DNA of 62,053 nt, counting the filler. It is 4 parts of 4 records of this genome, joined end to end, with 100 filler letters (N's around TTAATTAATTAA, not from the genome) between each part and the next. Parts side by side here need not be neighbours in the genome. Positions count along the whole stretch, not along the records: positions 56,614 to 62,053 come from DRR723986_5816; 3 more parts are not named here. One strand, given 5' to 3'. This document shows, piece after piece, positions 59,825-62,053 of this stretch (its first letter is position 1; each line of letters opens with the position of its first letter). Under the pieces are notes generated by a model that was not told the origin of the DNA, ran no database searches, and saw nothing but the letters and a program-made list of their open reading frames with translations. The position numbers and the translations under genes are program-made.

Positions 59825-60639
59825 TGCGCCCGCGCGGCGGCCTGCGCATCGCGCTGTTGGGCCAGGCTGGCGCGTTTCGATATCAGCGAGGCGGTAATGA
59901 CCCCAACTGTGACAATGGCGATCATGATGGTGGATAGCGCGTTGATTTCCGGGCTGACCCCCAGCCGCACCGCCGAGAAAATCTTGATAGGCAGGGTGGT
60001 GGCCGATGGCCCGGCGGTGAACGAGGCAATCACCAGATCATCCAGCGACAGGGTAAAGGCCAGCAGCCAGCCCGACACAACCGCCGGCGCGATAATTGGC
60101 AAAGTCACCAGACGAAAGGCCGTGAACGGCGTGCAGCCCAGATCTAGCGCCGCCTCTTCCAGCGAGCGATCAAAGCTAACCAAACGCGACGACACAACCA
60201 CCGAAACATAGCACATGGCAAAGGTGGTATGCGCCAAGATGATGGTGAGCACACCACGATCCAGCCCGATGCCAATGAACAACAGCAACAGCGACAGGCC
60301 GGTAATAACCTCGGGCATCACCAGGGGCGCGTAGATCATGCCAGAAAATAATGTGCGCCCGGCAAACCGCCCGCTGCGCACCAAAACATAAGCCGCCATC
60401 GTGCCCAATACGGTGGCCAAACTAGACGAGGCAACCGCCACTTTCAGCGTTACCCATGCCGCATCGAGAAAGGCCTGGTTGCCCAGCAACTCGCCATACC
60501 AGCGGGTGGAAAACCCGGCCCAAACAGTGACCAGCTTTGAGGCGTTGAAGCTGTAGATCACCAAGATGACCATGGGCAGGTACAAAAAGGCAAATCCCAA
60601 TGTCAGCGATGTGGCGTTGAACCATGTAAAGCGCCGCAT
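59821..60639 (-). CDS. potI: Putrescine ABC permease
   Basis: YSFNASKLVTVW.GFS.RWY, EEAALDLG, LSLDDLVIASF, SPEINAL. Confidence 0.88.
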   Translation of the reverse strand: MRRFTWFNATSLTLGFAFLYLPMVILVIYSFNASKLVTVWAGFSTRWYGELLGNQAFLDAAWVTLKVAVASSSLATVLGTMAAYVLVRSGRFAGRTLFSGMIYAPLVMPEVITGLSLLLLFIGIGLDRGVLTIILAHTTFAMCYVSVVVSSRLVSFDRSLEEAALDLGCTPFTAFRLVTLPIIAPAVVSGWLLAFTLSLDDLVIASFTAGPSATTLPIKIFSAVRLGVSPEINALSTIMIAIVTVGVITASLISKRASLAQQRDAQAAARAQ

Positions 60640-60641
60640 GA

Positions 60642-61532
60642 TCAGCCCTCGCGCTCGCGTTGTTTTTGTTCGTTACGCTGAAACAGGATGATGGGAATGA
60701 TCAAGATCAGCAGCAAGATCACCGCCACAGCCGAGGCCACGGGCCAATCGCGGTTGTTGAAAAACTCTTCCCACAGCACCTTGCCAATCATCAGCGTGCC
60801 CGAGCCGCCCAAAAGCGATGGAATAACAAATTCGCCCAGCGCCGGGATGAACACCAAAAAGCACCCGGCAATAATGCCCTGGCGCGACAGCGGCACTGTG
60901 ACCAGCCAAAAGGCCGTGAGCCGCGAGCACCCCAGATCTTCGGCGGCTTCCAGCAGGGCATCATCCATCTTTTCCAGCGCCGCGTAGATCGGCAAGATCA
61001 TAAAGGGCAGGTAGGTGTAGACGATACCGATATAAACGGCTGTGTTGGTGTTCAAAATGGTCAGCGGCTGGTCGATCAGGCCCAGCCCTTGCAGCAGCTG
61101 GTTTAGCAGCCCCTCGTTCGACAAAATGCCCATCCACGAATAAACCCGGATCAGGAAGCTGGTCCAAAAGGGCAAAATCACCAGCATCATCAGCGTGGCA
61201 CGCCAATGTTCGGGCGCGCTGGCCATGCCATAGGCAATGGGGTAGCCCACCAGCAGCGTCAGCAGCGTGGAAATCAGCGCGATTTGCACCGACGACAGAT
61301 AGGCGCGCCAATACAGCTCGTCTTGGGTGAGAAAGGTAAAGTTTTCAAAATCAAGCTGTTGCAAAAACCCCCAGATACCTGCCCAGCCTTCGGAAAAATC
61401 GAGCGTGGGCAGATAGGGTGGAATGGCCAGCGCGGTGTCGGACAGGCTGATTTTCAGCACAATCAGAAACGGCACCAAAAACAGCGCCAGCAGCCAAAGA
61501 TAGGGAACCGCAATCAGCAAAGCGCGCCGCAT
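60642..61532 (-). CDS. potH: Putrescine ABC permease
   Basis: LPFWTSFLIRVY, LLEAAEDLG, EFFNNRDWPVASA. Confidence 0.88.
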   Translation of the reverse strand: MRRALLIAVPYLWLLALFLVPFLIVLKISLSDTALAIPPYLPTLDFSEGWAGIWGFLQQLDFENFTFLTQDELYWRAYLSSVQIALISTLLTLLVGYPIAYGMASAPEHWRATLMMLVILPFWTSFLIRVYSWMGILSNEGLLNQLLQGLGLIDQPLTILNTNTAVYIGIVYTYLPFMILPIYAALEKMDDALLEAAEDLGCSRLTAFWLVTVPLSRQGIIAGCFLVFIPALGEFVIPSLLGGSGTLMIGKVLWEEFFNNRDWPVASAVAVILLLILIIPIILFQRNEQKQREREG

Positions 61533-61536
61533 GTGC

Positions 61537-62053
61537 CTAGCCCTCTAGCACGGCGGCGGCCGTGTCTGTCCAGCTGAGCCAAACCGCGTCTTCCCATGTC
61601 AGGCTGCGGCGCGACAGGCGGCGTGTATTGGCGGTTTGGGCCTTCATCATCGTGCCGTTGGGCAGGCGCACATGATAGGTCGAGATATTGCCCAAATAGG
61701 CGATATCGATGATCTTGCCCTGAATGCAATTTGCCGCCTCGTCAGGCGGTTCGGCGGAAATGGCCACTTTTTCAGGGCGCAGCGCCAAAAAGCATTTCTG
61801 CCCCGGCGCAAAGGCGCGGTTGGTTTTTGCGTGAAACTGCGGCTGCCCCTCGGCCCATGCAACGGTATATCCATCGCCTGCGGGGTGCGGGGTGGCGGCG
61901 CCCTCGATGATGTTCACATCGCCAATAAAATCAGCCACATAAACGGAATTGGGCTGTTCATAGATCACCGCGGGCGTGGCCACCTGCATGATACGGCCCT
62001 CGTCCATCACCGCCACGCGGCTGGCCACTGTCATGGCTTCTTCCTGGTCGTGG
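61537..62053 (-). CDS. potG: Putrescine ABC ATP-binding protein, C-terminal part (window edge)
   Basis: HDQEEAMT, YE.P...VADFIG, ALRPEK, IAYLG TOBE. Confidence 0.85.
   Translation of the reverse strand, partial: HDQEEAMTVASRVAVMDEGRIMQVATPAVIYEQPNSVYVADFIGDVNIIEGAATPHPAGDGYTVAWAEGQPQFHAKTNRAFAPGQKCFLALRPEKVAISAEPPDEAANCIQGKIIDIAYLGNISTYHVRLPNGTMMKAQTANTRRLSRRSLTWEDAVWLSWTDTAAAVLEG

Overview
This is not one continuous chromosome segment. It is four alphaproteobacterial contigs joined by artificial 100-nt N/TTAATTAATTAA linkers (7509-7608, 32110-32209, 56514-56613). Contig A (1-7508, Rhodobacteraceae-like) carries a partial fabF-like KAS, a LysR regulator divergent from an atypical SHMT-fold aldolase, ialB, a probable SuhB/MmgR-type sRNA, a YjgR/DUF853 ATPase, a GNAT, an EamA transporter and a partial livM. 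Contig B (7609-32109, Roseibium/Labrenzia-like by style) carries a LysR-controlled 10-gene catabolic operon: Pot-type ABC importer, class-III aminotransferase, beta-keto-acid cleavage enzyme, GNAT, HDAC-type deacetylase, DauA-like flavoenzyme and RidA. Its enzyme set matches the biochemically described beta-lysine / N6-acetyl-beta-lysine degradation route. Contig B also has a YceI-OmpA fusion co-transcribed with a secreted caspase-family protease bearing a C-terminal CxxCH module, btaAB with a Pho box, an L,D-transpeptidase, pyrC, ygfZ-HD-PTP-NadQ-like, a SleB-like hydrolase, yqhA and the 3' half of matB. Contig C (32210-56513, same style as B) carries oppABCD, BA14K, uup, an FNR-like reductase, XRE-cupin/GNAT, MarR/fabF, hdeD, a gamma-butyrobetaine-hydroxylase-like dioxygenase, an ECF sigma/anti-sigma/DUF4394 module, rsuA/rsmC, DUF2157/GDYXXLXY, fabI plus a PhaC-like DUF3141 protein, and a partial katG. 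Contig D (56614-62053, different codon usage) carries the 5' half of matB, a DMT transporter, a PuuB-like oxidase and potIHG. No tRNA, rRNA, CRISPR array, transposase or phage gene was recognised. All calls are from motif recognition by eye; no searches were run.
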